DNA of 63,888 bases, counting the filler, from Octopus bimaculoides (Eukaryota), in assembly GCF_001194135.2 (NCBI RefSeq). It is 10 parts of 8 records of this genome, joined end to end, with 100 filler letters (N's around TTAATTAATTAA, not from the genome) between each part and the next. Parts side by side here need not be neighbours in the genome. Positions count along the whole stretch, not along the records: positions 44,181 to 55,205 come from NC_068997.1; positions 55,306 to 60,498 come from NC_068990.1; positions 60,599 to 61,637 come from NW_026406804.1; positions 61,738 to 63,888 come from NW_026382135.1; 6 more parts are not named here. The stretch is one strand, 5' to 3'. A program made the translations under genes and the position numbers. Of the stretch, positions 51,826-63,888 are shown piece after piece. Positions within the stretch are counted from its first letter, which is position 1. Each line of letters begins with the position of its first letter. Below the pieces are notes generated by a model, which worked only from the letters and a program-made list of their open reading frames with translations, searched no databases and was not told where the DNA came from.

Positions 51826-52766
51826 NNNNNNNNNNNNNNNNNNNNNNNNNNNNNNNNNNNNNNNNNNNNNNNNNNNNNNNNNNNNNNNNNNNNNNNNNNN
51901 NNNNNNNNNNNNNNNNNNNNNNNNNNNNNNNNNNNNNNNNNNNNNNNNNNNNNNNNNNNNNNNNNNNNNNNNNNNNNNNNNNNNNNNNNNNNNNNNNNNN
52001 NNNNNNNNNNNNNNNNNNNNNNNNNNNNNNNNNNNNNNNNNNNNNNNNNNNNNNNNNNNNNNNNNNNNNNNNNNNNNNNNNNNNNNNNNNNNNNNNNNNN
52101 NNNNNNNNNNATATATATATATCAGTTTTGGAGTTTCTTACCCAATAAAGCAAAAATCATAAATATGAAAATGTATTCCATGAAGACAGATATCTGTACA
52201 GAGAACTAACAATTTGCGAAAACAAAGGAGATAAAAATTTTCATCAATTTAAATAATATATATTATTATTGGTGGCATGAGATTTGGACGTTGAGCTTAC
52301 GTTCATGAGGTGGTGAGTTCAATTTCTAACATAGGCGGTACGATACATTAGCAAGATACATCATTTCAAATTGCTTCAATCTACTCAGCTAAAAATGAGT
52401 ACCAGTCCATTACTGATGCAACCCTCACTCTCTTCAGCTTTCACGTCCTAGGAGTTCCTTTGGCTCAAGAACTGGAAGGACTGAGAGGGCACCAGTGTGT
52501 TTGCTCACTATAATATAGGTCCCTAAAGTAATTAACAGAAGTCATAAACGCTTGTGATTGATAGCTATGCCACGGTTGCATTTGATATAGTTATTGTTGC
52601 TCAGACTTCTTCTCAACTTTAGAACAAAGATTCCTGCCATAGAAAACGTACTTTCTAATTCGATGGGAGATGGGAGAATGGTACTGAGGATTTAGAAATT
52701 AGAGATTCTTCAGGTTGACATGTCTATGTCCAGTAATTTCAAACAATTTCATTCTTTTTAACAGTA

Positions 52767-52941
52767 GGCACAAGTGTAGCTGTGTGGTAAGAAATTTACA
52801 TCCAGCGACATGGTTCCGGGTTTAGTCCCACTTAGTGGCACCTTGGGCAAGTGTCTTCTACTATAGCCTTGGCCGAGAAAAGCTTTATGAATGGAACCGA
52901 TTGACGGAAGCTGGACGAAGACCGTCGTATATACATGCGTG

Positions 52942-52974
<33 letters not shown>

Positions 52975-53149
52975 CTTTGTGTCTCTGTCCCCCACCACAA
53001 CTTGAGAACCGGTGCTGGTGAGTTTACGTCCCAAGCTTTCAAAAAAATAACTACTAGGATTGATTTGTTCGACTAAATCTTTTTAAGGCTGTGCCCCAGC
53101 ATTTCCCCAGTCTAATGGCTGAAATAAGTAGGGAATAAAAGATAAAAGA
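52767..53149 (+). mobile_element. Full-length SINE family A
   Basis: Head ggcacaagtgtagctgtgtggtaag...ccgggtttagtcccact..ggcaccttgggcaagtgtcttctactatagcc, internal (GT)n, then tail. Confidence 0.9.
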
Positions 53150-53889
53150 CAATTTTGGGATCATAAAATGATCGAATATTCCTTTGATTGTTTTCAGCAG
53201 CTTTGTCAATGACGGAAATTGATCTCTGGAATGGATGCTTCTGTCAACTTGGATTCGGAGATTCGCAATAGGATGTAGGGGGATTCTGCTGTCATAGATT
53301 CTTCATTTCATACAGTTTCCTTGAGATATTTTCCAACGTAATCTCTCATGGCAAAATTCGATATGAATCAGGTGCATCTAGAATTAAAACAGGATTGTCT
53401 CAATACTTCATCAACCACTTAAATTTTTATGTCTTTGTCAATCGATGCTTTCTTGACACATTCTTTCCGCAAGAGGGATATCGGAGTGTTTCGTTGATTA
53501 AGTCTTGTAGGATAATAACAATCATATCTTCTTCAGAAATCAAGGTTCCATCCTTTCACCATAGTTTTTTTCTTTTCTTTTTTTTTTTTCTGTACAAAAT
53601 TTTAATTAGTTCCAATGCTGATACAAACAGCATGAATAACACTAAATTCGTTGTCTGAAAAGTTAGGTATTTTATAAAAAATGATAAATTCCCAAATACA
53701 GCTTTTAAGGAACAAAAATCAGCATAATACCTTCCATCTTATTATTGATAAATTGCAACCCATGTCTATGCTCCTCTTTGATATCTCCATCTCATCCATC
53801 CATTACACTTCACTGCCCATTTATCCAGTGAGAACCGTTGGAGCTAAGTTTTTCAGACTCGCTCTCAGAAGAGGATACTATCATAAGCA

Positions 53890-54760
53890 ACCGTTAGCAA
53901 ATAATCTGACAGATCTCCAAACGAAACCAACTGAGTCGATGGATATTTTTCAAACATCTCGCTTGTAATTTAATCTTAGATGTTCTGCTGGCTGGCCGTT
54001 CCTGTAAAACCTGTCCTATGATTTTTTCCTGATACATTTTAATCACCTGTAGTACCAGGGGTTGCGAACTCTCAATATGGAGAAGTAACAAGGCGATAAA
54101 CTGGTAGAATTGTTACTGCGCCGGACAAAATGCTTAGCGGCAATTTGTCCGTCTCTACGTTCTAAGTTCAAATTCCCCCGCGGTTAACTTTGCCTTTCAT
54201 CCTTTCGGGTTCGATAAAAAAAAGTACCAGTTGAGTATGCGAGTCGATGTAATCGACTTACTCCCTCCACGAAATTGCTGGTCTTGTGCCAAAATTTGAA
54301 ACCAATATAGAGAAATAGCGGCTCGACCGAGAGAAAATTCCTGATCTTTGAACCATATATTCTAACAAATAATATAACTCCATCTTGGCTGTTGATATTC
54401 GTGATCGCATTCTTTCGGTCACGACCCAAGATTCATGACTATTGGTAAGGGAAGAACTAAAACCGAATTGAAGTTCGGCTCTTTTCACCTAACTTCCTTC
54501 TTTAAGTGATTGAGTGTTAAATCTGTCACATTACTGCACCAGCGCCGACAATTCTTGCAACCAATTCAGCCGTCTGCTTTCCATCATTCGTGGAAATGGC
54601 CCGGAGATACTTGAGTTTTTCCACCTGCTTCAGAGTGAATCCACTAATAGACAAAGCATACATGGCAGACTTTTTCAAGAGAACCAATGTCTTCGTCTTC
54701 ACAGCACTCGGCAGAGAACTTCTTTAGTACATGCAGAAGATTACCTTCAGATGATCTAAG
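53890..54760 (-). pseudogene. RTE-clade LINE ORF2 C-terminal relic interrupted by a SINE
   Basis: KTKTLVL..TLKQVEKLKYL..TNDGKQ..RI; HESWVVTERMRSRI; IRNFLSVEP|LLLHIESSQ..V.KMYQE..LSWFRLEI. These follow the order of RTE RT-thumb motifs. Confidence 0.85.
54090..54305 (+). mobile_element. SINE family B inserted into the RTE relic
   Basis: Complete head, core and tail, flanked by gagaagtaa (54080-54088) and gagaaatag (54310-54318), a probable decayed TSD. Confidence 0.88.
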
Positions 54761-55305
54761 TAATGCCTCTTATTAAGTAAAATAATTCGTTTTCTGCTAC
54801 AGAAGATGCGGGTTCGAGTCCCACGGCAAACTTCGACTTTTCTATTCAAATAGGTTTTTAATTCAATATTCACACCCTATCATTTATAGCTTTATCTAAA
54901 TCGAGTTCTACAATAAAAAAAAAACATGAATTATTTCATGTTCTCTCAAAGTTTCTAAATTTTTTCTGGCGTAAACTATTTATATCATTTGCTTTTATTT
55001 TAATAATATTTATTCAAAAAGCCATATTTACTAATTTAGATGTAAAAGGGACAAACTGTGGACAGAGGACCTCGGCGTATCATCAATCATGTTTCTGATC
55101 ACTGATAACATATTTCTCCTGTTCATATTCTAATCCCAACAACAATGTTTCTTTTAATGTGTTTAAAATAAATATTGTACCTGGTTTTGAAATTGTACTT
55201 CTAAGNNNNNNNNNNNNNNNNNNNNNNNNNNNNNNNNNNNNNNNNNNNNTTAATTAATTAANNNNNNNNNNNNNNNNNNNNNNNNNNNNNNNNNNNNNNN
55301 NNNNN

Positions 55306-55357
<52 letters not shown>

Positions 55358-55369
55358 GCTGTGTGTGTG

Positions 55370-55595
55370 TGTATGTGTATGTGTATATGTGTGTGTGTTA
55401 GTGTCTGTGTTTGTATCCAAACACCGCTTAACAACCAGTGTTGGTGTGTTTATGTACCCGTAGCTTAAACAGAACCGGTCGAATAAGTAGTAGACCTCAA
55501 AAAGAAACAAGTTCTAGGTTGGACTCATTCGACGAAAAATCCTTCAAGGCGATGCTCCAGAATGGCTGAAACAAATAATAGATAGAAGATAAAAG
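55370..55595 (+). mobile_element. SINE family A (3' half)
   Basis: ccgcttaacaaccagtgttggtgtgtttatgtacccgtagctta...aaggcgatgctccag. Confidence 0.75.
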
Positions 55596-56215
55596 ATATT
55601 GTGTGTGGGTTTGAAGAAGCCATTAGACAAACGAATCCTAAATTTACCGTCAATCTATCTTTTTCTCACAAAAAGATAACACGACTCCAATGTTAATTCT
55701 CTTCACTTGTAAATGTAATTATTTCTTTATTAACATTAACAAATATATGTTTAGTTTGACGATCGGAAGAACCGTTAGAGTGTCCGATGAAATGACTTGC
55801 AGTATTTTTTTCAGTACTGTGTTCCAGTTCACTCGAGGTCAAATATACCGATTTACATTTCGGGGTCGAATACATAAAGTTTCACTCGAGAACTGAAGAT
55901 AATTTAACCGACTTACTACCTCCACGTGCATTTTAAGCCTCGTATCCACGTAAGAAACGATAAATATTTGAACATGCGTGTGTGAGCTTACTTCTGTATA
56001 TTTACATCTATGTACATACAAACATACATGCAAACATACATACATACGTACATACACACATACGTACATGCATTTCGCTGCAGTTGCCGCTTGTCAACTC
56101 CGTGCACTTGTATTATTCACGCAACACACATACGTTAAGTATTTGTTATTGATAAGTATACATACTTGTGTGTATGTTTGCATGTATGTATGTGTATATG
56201 CATATATATAATATA

Positions 56216-56246
<31 letters not shown>

Positions 56247-56679
56247 NNNNNNNNNNNNNNNNNNNNNNNNNNNNNNNNNNNNNNNNNNNNNNNNNNNNNN
56301 NNNNNNNNNNNNNNNNNNNNNNNNNNNNNNNNNNNNNNNNNNNNNNNNNNNNNNNNNNNNNNNNNNNNNNNNNNNNNNNNNNNNNNNNNNNNNNNNNNNN
56401 NNNNNNNNNNNNNNNNNNNNNNNNNNNNNNNNNNNNNNNNNNNNNNNNNNNNNNNNNNNNNNNNNNNNNNNNNNNNNNNNNNNNNNNNNNNNNNNNNNNN
56501 NNNNNNNNNNNNNNNNNNNNNNNNNNNNNNNNNNNNNNNNNNNNNNNNNNNNNNNNNNNNNNNNNNNNNNNNNNNNNNNNNNNNNNNNNNNNNNNNNNNN
56601 NNNNNNNNNNNNNNNNNNNNNNNNNNNNNNNNNNNNNNNNNNNNNNNNNNNNNNNNNNNNNNNNNNNNNNNNNNNNNNN

Positions 56680-57129
56680 GTTAGGGGTGACGCGGTCGCA
56701 GAAATTGTCTGACGGCCATGACTGGGTGCTCCCGCTTGTGTGGCATGGTGCAGAATCCTGTTACGAGACATAGGTTCTTCCAGCTGCCACCCTCTTGACC
56801 CAGGGCAGCACTACCCCTTCCAGGCACTTGATGTAAGCCTCCATGTTGAGTCTAAGGCCGTTTGGGAAGATGAATGGAGGAATAACGTCGCCATCACTAG
56901 TGATCACTCCAAACACCATGATGTTGACTGGATGTTTGATTTTTATCACTCTCGGTACATGTTTTAGGGACACGGTTATACTTTGTGTTCACCATCTTTT
57001 CGTATTGGAGCTTCGTGTGCAAATGTCAAGCAGTACAGCATGCCGTTTCCAAATCTCTGGCTGAGTGAATTGCGTCATGGTGCAGTGTTTCTCGAGTACG
57101 GTGCCCAACTGACCCTACTATACTGTGTA
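56680..57129 (-). pseudogene. Tc1/mariner transposase, internally deleted
   Basis: ATG at 57078: MTQFTQPEIWKRHAVLL, joined to VNTKYNR..KHVPRVIKIKHPVNIMVFGVITSDGDVIPPFIFPNGLRLNMEAYIKCL..VLPWVKRVAAGR..QQDSAPCHT (second catalytic Asp). TA-CACAG terminus at 57129; the rest is in the N gap. Confidence 0.92.
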
Positions 57130-57345
57130 GTCGACACAATCAAAAATAAACAATGCACATGCGGGTAATTAAAAGTATAAAATGGCGACAATTTACTCGT
57201 CACAACCTGTATGTATGACAGAGGGTGTTAGAACACCGACAATGAAATAAGAGCTAAAGTGCTTTGATGCTGCATTCAATGCATATAACTCTATACATGC
57301 ATACTGACAGCGACTGTAAACGGCCGAAATCGGCAGTTGTGATAT

Positions 57346-57396
57346 CCCTGAACCGTCGACAGTTTCGGCTTTAAGATCGAAGCTTCTTCAGTAGCG
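57346..57396 (-). ncRNA. Hammerhead motif (fourth family), left arm
   Basis: CGCUA-CUGAAGA-AGCUUCGAUCUUAAAGCC-GAAA-CUG[UCGA]CG-GU-U-CAGGG. Core intact, stem I damaged. Confidence 0.55.
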
Positions 57397-57827
57397 TCGG
57401 CACCACTCGCAAATTACGGATAAGATCACCACGAGTATATATGTCTACTCCATAAAAATCAATGGAATATTTAACGAATCGCTAATGTGTATACTATTAA
57501 TTAAATTAGGCAGCAGTTGAGCAATGTATCACCACAAAGGAAACTTATAATTCTCATTAAATATGAGAAAGGGTGTATGTATACAATTATGTGCTTTGAC
57601 TGCTGCATCAGAGCACTTTAGCTCTTATTTCTAGCTCTGTAGGTGTTCTAACACCCTCTGCCATATTTATTAACAATTATAATTTTCCTTTTTGGTGATA
57701 CATTGCTCAACTACAGCCTAATTTAATTCTTAGTATACACATTAGCGATTCGCTAAATCACCAATAGATTTTTTATGGAGTAGACATATGTACTCGTGGC
57801 GATCCGGTATCTGGCGGGTGGTGCCGA

Positions 57828-57878
57828 CCCTACTGAAGAAACCTCGGTCTTAAAGCTCAAACTGTCGATGGTATAGGA
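57828..57878 (+). ncRNA. Hammerhead motif (fourth family), right arm
   Basis: CCCUA-CUGAAGA-AACCUCGGUCUUAAAGCU-CAAA-CUG[UCGA]UG-GU-A-UAGG. Stem I intact (CCUA/UAGG), G12 mutated, stem II damaged. Confidence 0.5.
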
Positions 57879-58675
57879 ATATCACAACTGCCGATTTCGG
57901 CCGTTTGCGGTTGCTATCAGTATGTATGTATACAATTATGTGCGTTGCCTGCAGCTTCAAACCACTTTAGCTCTTATTTCATTGTCGGTGTTCTAACACT
58001 TGTCATATATACAGGTTGTGACGAGTAAATTGTCGCCATTTTATACTTTTAATTTTAGCATTTTAGCTCTTATTTCTAGCATTATCGGTGTTCTAACACC
58101 CTCTGACGTATCTAATGACAATTATAATTTTCCTTTTTGGTGACACATTACTTAACTCCTGCCTTATTGTCTTGGAGGAAATTTTCTCCTTATAGACTTC
58201 ATACGAAAACTACATCAACCTAGACTCTGAATGACGTCATCAGTCTACCCGACACGTGTTTTAGCGTGACCGTATTTTGGCAGTGACACACTAAGCTTCA
58301 ATAGTTCATAATAGAGTTGGAACTCCCATTCTTATATGTACAGAACATAATGCATATTTGGTGATATGCACTGAGTTTTGCCAAGCTAAAATTTATTTAT
58401 TGTAAACATTCTAAGCAGCGACGACTGAAAAAAAAAAGAACATAAAAGTAGGCCGTGTACATTTCTTTATATCAAGCACGTATAAATGCGAACATGGAAA
58501 GCTGTTTGGAGAAAATTTTCTCATTCAATTTGTGAATAAAAACACATCTTCCAGTTCTGTGAACACTTGAAGTCTATCATTTATGAAGCCATATCAAGCG
58601 TATAAATACGTTCGACATACCGATTTATTTATAGTATCACTACACACGCATATCTATGTGTGTGTGTATGTGTGT

Positions 58676-58707
<32 letters not shown>

Positions 58708-58711
58708 ATTC

Positions 58712-58925
58712 TTTTATATTCTTTTACTTGTCGCAGTCATTTTGACTGTGGCCATGCTGGAGTACCGCCTTTATTCGAACAAATCGACCCCACGACTTTT
58801 TCTTTGTAAGCCTAGTACTTATTCTATCGGTGCCTTTCGCTGAACCACTAAGTTACGGGGACGTAAACACACCAACATCGGTTGTAAAGTGATGGTGCGG
58901 GCGGTCAAACAGACACAGAAACACA

Positions 58926-58979
<54 letters not shown>

Positions 58980-59020
58980 GATAGATAGATAGATAGATAG
59001 ATNNNNNNNNNNACACACAT

Positions 59021-59096
<76 letters not shown>

Positions 59097-59266
59097 GTAT
59101 ATATACGACGGGCTTCATTCAGTTTTTGTCTACCAAACTACTCATAAGGCTTTGGTCAGCCCGAGGCTACAGCAGAAGACACTTACCCAAGGTGCCACGC
59201 AGTGGAATTAAACCCGGAACCATGTGGTTGGTAAACAAGCTACTTACCACACAGCCACTCCTGCGC
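58712..59266 (-). mobile_element. Full-length young SINE family A with expanded (CA)n/(GATA)n
   Basis: Minus strand head gcgcaggagtggctgtgtggtaagtagcttg...ccgggtttaattccactgcgtggcaccttggg; tail through cagtcaaaatgactgcgacaagtaaaagaata. Confidence 0.92.
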
Positions 59267-60084
59267 ATATGTACACACACACACACACACANNNNNNNNN
59301 NNNNNNNNNNNNNNNNNNNNNNNNNNNNNNNNNNNNNNNNNNNNNNNNNNNNNNNNNNNNNNNNNNNNNNNNNNNNNNNNNNNNNNNNNNNNNNNNNNNN
59401 NNNNNNNNNNNNNNNNNNNNNNNNNNNNNNNNNNNNNNNNNNNNNNNNNNNNNNNNNNNNNNNNNNNNNNNNNNNNNNNNNNNNNNNNNNNNNNNNNNNN
59501 NNNNNNNNNNNNNNNNNNNNNNNNNNNNNNNNNNNNNNNNNNNNNNNNNNNNNNNNNNNNNNNNNNNNNNNNNNNNNNNNNNNNNNNNNNNNNNNNNNNN
59601 NNNNNNNNNNNNNNNNNNNNNNNNNNNNNNNNNNNNNNNNNNNNNNNNNNNNNNNNNNNNNNNNNNNNNNNNNNNNNNNNNNNNNNNNNNNNNNNNNNCT
59701 ATCACATATAGAAAAATTAATAATATTATATTTATCTTATGATATTTGCTTTACTTTATATTATACTCATTTATTGTGCTTTTAATTATTAATTTTTCTA
59801 TATGTGATAGTGGATTTTCATCGATGAGTTCTTGAAACTTGGTTATTTTCCCTAAAACTATATATTTTATATATATTTTATCTATAAAGCTTAATTTAAT
59901 TTCAATTTTTTATAAATTGATTTTAATTGAGTTTTTACCTGTAATTTTGGATTTTGTCCCTAATATTATTATATATTTATATATATAATGCGTGTGTGTA
60001 TATAACTTAGATGACTTAGAAATGTTCCGACCAAAGATTGGTCCATGTCTAACTTAATAGCATCACTTTATAAGATTAGTTTTG

Positions 60085-60482
60085 TGTATCATGGTCCATT
60101 CGAGTAGGGAGTTCTTGTTGGGTGAGTTGTATCCAGATATAGGTGGCTTATCAGTATTCCTTGAAGAAATTTGTTCAGATTCCATTTAAAGGTAATGGGA
60201 TCCTTTTCCTATTTGGTCTGTTTCGTGACAATGTTAAATAGGGCAAGGCCTGTTGAGGAAAAGAAATTGTGTTTATATGTTGTGATCCTGAATTGGTTTG
60301 GGGACGTATGGCCGGTGGTCCTAGCTTTGGATGAATTTTGAAGCTAATGTTGAAGTCGTTTGGGCAATGCTGTTGGTATGTTCCCCACATCATGCAAATC
60401 ATATATCGCTCACGATGGCACTACAGAGAATAGAGTTTCAATGCTTTAAGGCGGTCTCAATAATCGAGATCAGTCATGCCGT
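60085..60482 (-). pseudogene. CR1-group LINE ORF2 3' end
   Basis: GMTDLDY*DRLKALKLYSL*CHRERYMICMMW..HCPND..KIHPKLGP, then GPALFNI..FK..LNKFLQ.I.DKP..GY...NSL across frameshifts. This matches the CR1-type Y.ERL..L.L.SLQRRRER terminus. Confidence 0.85.
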
Positions 60483-60639
60483 GTATATATATATATATNN
60501 NNNNNNNNNNNNNNNNNNNNNNNNNNNNNNNNNNNNNNNNNNTTAATTAATTAANNNNNNNNNNNNNNNNNNNNNNNNNNNNNNNNNNNNNNNNNNNNTT
60601 CTAAAAACTACAAATTTTTCTCTAATTGATAGCGATATT

Positions 60640-61597
60640 CATGGTACATACAGAACTAAAGACAGAAGAGAAGAGTAAAAGAACAAACTTGCCTTTAATT
60701 AATTTGGTACGAATCGTTTCACGATTAGTGGTAAGAAATTACCTCATTTCGATCTTCAGCCAAATATTTTAATAAATTTGCCAATGTCTAAATAACTCAC
60801 GGAAATTTTGACCATGCGACATCAAGACCACGTGAGGCAGACATTGGCAATGTTCGCATAATCAAAGTTTACAATCAAGAGTTCGTATATCAAGTCAATT
60901 AAAAGTTCTTTTACTTCTTTGTTTTCTTTTCTTTGAACAACATGTCACAACAAAGTTCTTTTCTTTTCTTTTCCATCAGTTAACATCACAGTTAACGAAA
61001 TCTCTTTGTCTTTTAAAACATGTAACAACAAAGTTCTCTCTTTAAAGAATATTTAAACAAACCTTCACCGCAAGAATTTCCTTTCCTTCAAAGCTCCCAC
61101 TACAATCCACAAGAAGTGACCAACTACAATCTTTTTCCTGCCACAACAGTTCCATCTCTCTGTCCCTCTCTCTCTTAGACTCTATCCATTTCTGCTGACT
61201 GGTACCTTCTGACCATAGTCTCTCTCTTTCAGCCTCTGTCTGTCAGTCTCTCTGTTCATCTTGCTGACCCACTGGCTGCTGGCCTTCACACCGTCTCACG
61301 TTCTTCATCCAACTGCTTGTCCGCCAACTGCTCGATACCAACTCCGTACGCCAACTCTCTGCTGTCGTATTTATGAGAGATGCCGTACCCAATAGTGCTA
61401 CCTTACTCCCTCCAAAGCTGGGTCAGTTTAGTACAATTCCTAATTTGTTTTTCTCAACTTTCGATGACCGGAAAGGGTCAGCGATCATCCTCCTACGCTA
61501 AAAATAACTGTGCTTGTTGACAGGACAAAAGAAATCCCATTGTCCTCAACAACCAGAATACCGTTTGAAACTCAGCTCGGGGAATAGGGATATAACA
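60640..61597 (-). mobile_element. Putative solo LTR or LTR-like repeat
   Basis: Minus strand starts TGTTATATCC at 61597, with TATA-like cataaata and internal short duplications (aacatgt.acaacaaagttct x2). The other boundary is not defined. Confidence 0.35.
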
Positions 61598-61737
61598 TTA
61601 TTTTGTATTTCGGCGGTCCGTATCAATATATATATATNNNNNNNNNNNNNNNNNNNNNNNNNNNNNNNNNNNNNNNNNNNNTTAATTAATTAANNNNNNN
61701 NNNNNNNNNNNNNNNNNNNNNNNNNNNNNNNNNNNNN

Positions 61738-63865
61738 TCCTTCGTACGTATGTACGTACGAACGAACGTACGTACGTACTTATGTGCGTACGTGCGAATC
61801 AACGAAGGAATGAACGAAAGAATTAAAGAACGAAGAAAGAACGAACGATAGAACAAACGATTTAACGAACAAATGTACGTACATACGTACGAACGAACAG
61901 CCATACGTACGAAGGAACAAACGAACGTACGTACATAGGAACGAACGAACGTACGTGCCTACGAACGAAAGGAAGAACAAACGAAATAAAGAAAAATGAA
62001 CGTACATACGTACGTAAACACGTACAAACGAACGAAAGTATATACGAATGAACGAACGTACCTACGAACGAATGAACAAACGAACGAAAGTACGTACGAA
62101 CGACCGAACGAACTTACGTACAGGCGAACGGAAACATTCATACGTCCGTACGTACGAAATAACGAACGAGCGAATGAACGATAGTACGTACGAACGAAGA
62201 AAAGAAATGAAGGAACGAGCGAACGTATGTACGAACGAACGAAAGAACGTAATTGCGTATGTACGAACGAACGAACGCAGGAACGTACGTACTTTCGTAC
62301 CTACGTACGAATGAACGTAAGAACGAACGAACTAACGTACGTACGTATGAACGAAAGATCAACCGAAATTAAAGATTGTACGAAAGAACAAACGTACGTA
62401 TGTAGGTACGTACGAACGTACGTACGTAAGAACGATCGAACGAACGTATATATATAAATATATATATTTATATATATATATATATATATTTATATATGTA
62501 TTTGTTTATTTATTTATATATATTTATTTATTTATATATATATTTATTTATTCTTTCGTTCGTACGTCCAATCTATCGTTCGTTCGTTCTTTTGTTCCTT
62601 CGAACGTACGTAAGTACGAACGAACGTAATTACGTATGTACGTACGAACGAACATACGTACTTATGTACGTACGTAGGAATCAATGAAAGAACGAATGAA
62701 TGTACGTACGTACGAACGAATGAGCGAAAGAACGAAAGAAGGAACGAACGATTTAATGAACAAATGTTGGTACATACGTGCGAAGGAACGAACGTACGTA
62801 TTTACGTATGTACGAATGAACGAATGCAGGAACGTACGAACGTTCGTACCTACGTACTAACGAACGAACGAACGTACGTCCATAGGAATGAACGTAAGAA
62901 CGAACGAACGAACTAACGTACGTACGTGTGAACAAACGTACGTACGTAAGAACAATCGAACGAACGTATATATATATATAAATAAATGTATATATTTATT
63001 TTTATATATATATATTTATTTATNNNNNNNNNNNNNNNNNNNNNNNNNNNNNNNNNNNNNNNNNNNNNNNNNNNNNNNNNNNNNNNNNNNNNNNNNNNNN
63101 NNNNNNNNNNNNNNNNNNNNNNNNNNNNNNNNNNNNNNNNNNNNNNNNNNNNATAGGTATTCATTTATATATATATTTATTTATATATATATATTTATTT
63201 ATATATATATTTGTTTATTTATTTATATATATATTTATTTATTTATATATATATATTTATTTATTTATATTCTTTCGTTCGTACGTCCAATCTATCGTTC
63301 GTTCGTTCGTACGTACTTTCGTTCGTTCTTTTGTTCCTTCGAACGTACGTAAGTACGAATGAACGAAAGAACAAACGATTTAACGAACAAATTTAGGTAC
63401 ATACGTACGAAGGAACGAACAGCCGTACGTACGAAGGAACGAACAGCCGTACGTACGAAGGAACGAACGTACGTACGTAGGAACGAACGAACTCACAAAG
63501 GAAATAATGCAAAGTACGATCGAAGGAAGAAAAGAACGAGAGTACGTATGTGCCAACGAACGTACGTGCGTTCATACGAAAGAAAGAAAAACGAACTAAA
63601 GAGCGACATAAAGAAAAAACGAACGTACATACGTAGGTAAATACGTACGAATGAACGTACGTACGAACGTACGTACGTACGTAAATACGTACGAACGAAC
63701 GTACGTACAAATGAACGAACGATCGAAGGAACGAACGTACGTACGTACGTCCGCACGAACAATCGTACGTATGTACGTACGGACGAACAAACGAACGAAC
63801 GTACGTACGGACATATGTCCGAACGAAAGAACGAACGTACGTATGTATGACGTGCAGACGTACGT
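61738..63865. repeat. CpG-rich cryptic satellite of ACGT/ACGA/ATGT tetramers with ~0.6-0.9-kb higher-order units
   Basis: Landmarks recur: gatttaa.gaacaaat at ~61860, ~62750, ~63378; ttctttcgttcgtacgtccaatctatcgttc at 62551 and 63271; AT-only spacers at ~62445-62550 and ~62965-63270. Confidence 0.92.
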
Positions 63866-63888
63866 ATGTATATATATATATATATATA

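Larger units (their letters stand above)
57167..58054. mobile_element. ~890-bp fold-back element with ~390-bp inverted arms, each carrying a hammerhead motif
   Basis: aattaaaagtataaaatggcgacaatttactcgtcacaacctgta at 57167 mirrors the sequence ending at 58054. Arms extend inward to ~57553/57673. Confidence 0.92.

Overview
This is AT-rich, repeat-dominated eukaryotic DNA. The SINE families resemble those I recall from Octopus, but this is not verified by search. There is no rRNA, no intact tRNA gene, no CRISPR array and no confidently identifiable host gene. Most ORFs in the track are microsatellite or N-gap artefacts. The window holds many tRNA-derived SINEs (about four families), decayed LINEs (RTE x2, R4/Dong-like x2, CR1-like, L1/Tx1-like), a Ty3/gypsy RT fragment fused to a Penelope fragment, Tc1/mariner and pogo/Tigger relics, MITEs, a putative solo LTR, and a CpG-rich ACGT/ACGA satellite at the right end. 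The most interesting signal is a set of several unrelated non-coding elements carrying type I hammerhead ribozyme (HHR) motifs, mostly as large head-to-head palindromes. One family has a tRNA-like Pol III head, a (TAA)n spacer and an HHR near its 3' end, and one copy retains an intact core (3378-3423, minus strand). Other notable items are three diverged tandem ~0.5 kb modules (7.3-10.4 kb), a possible two-exon 3' end of a gene (7095-7193 + 17378-17426), a perfect 59-bp inverted repeat pair 4.4 kb apart, and a templated insertion inside a ribozyme. Nine gaps contain an artificial TTAATTAATTAA spacer, so adjacency across them is not reliable.
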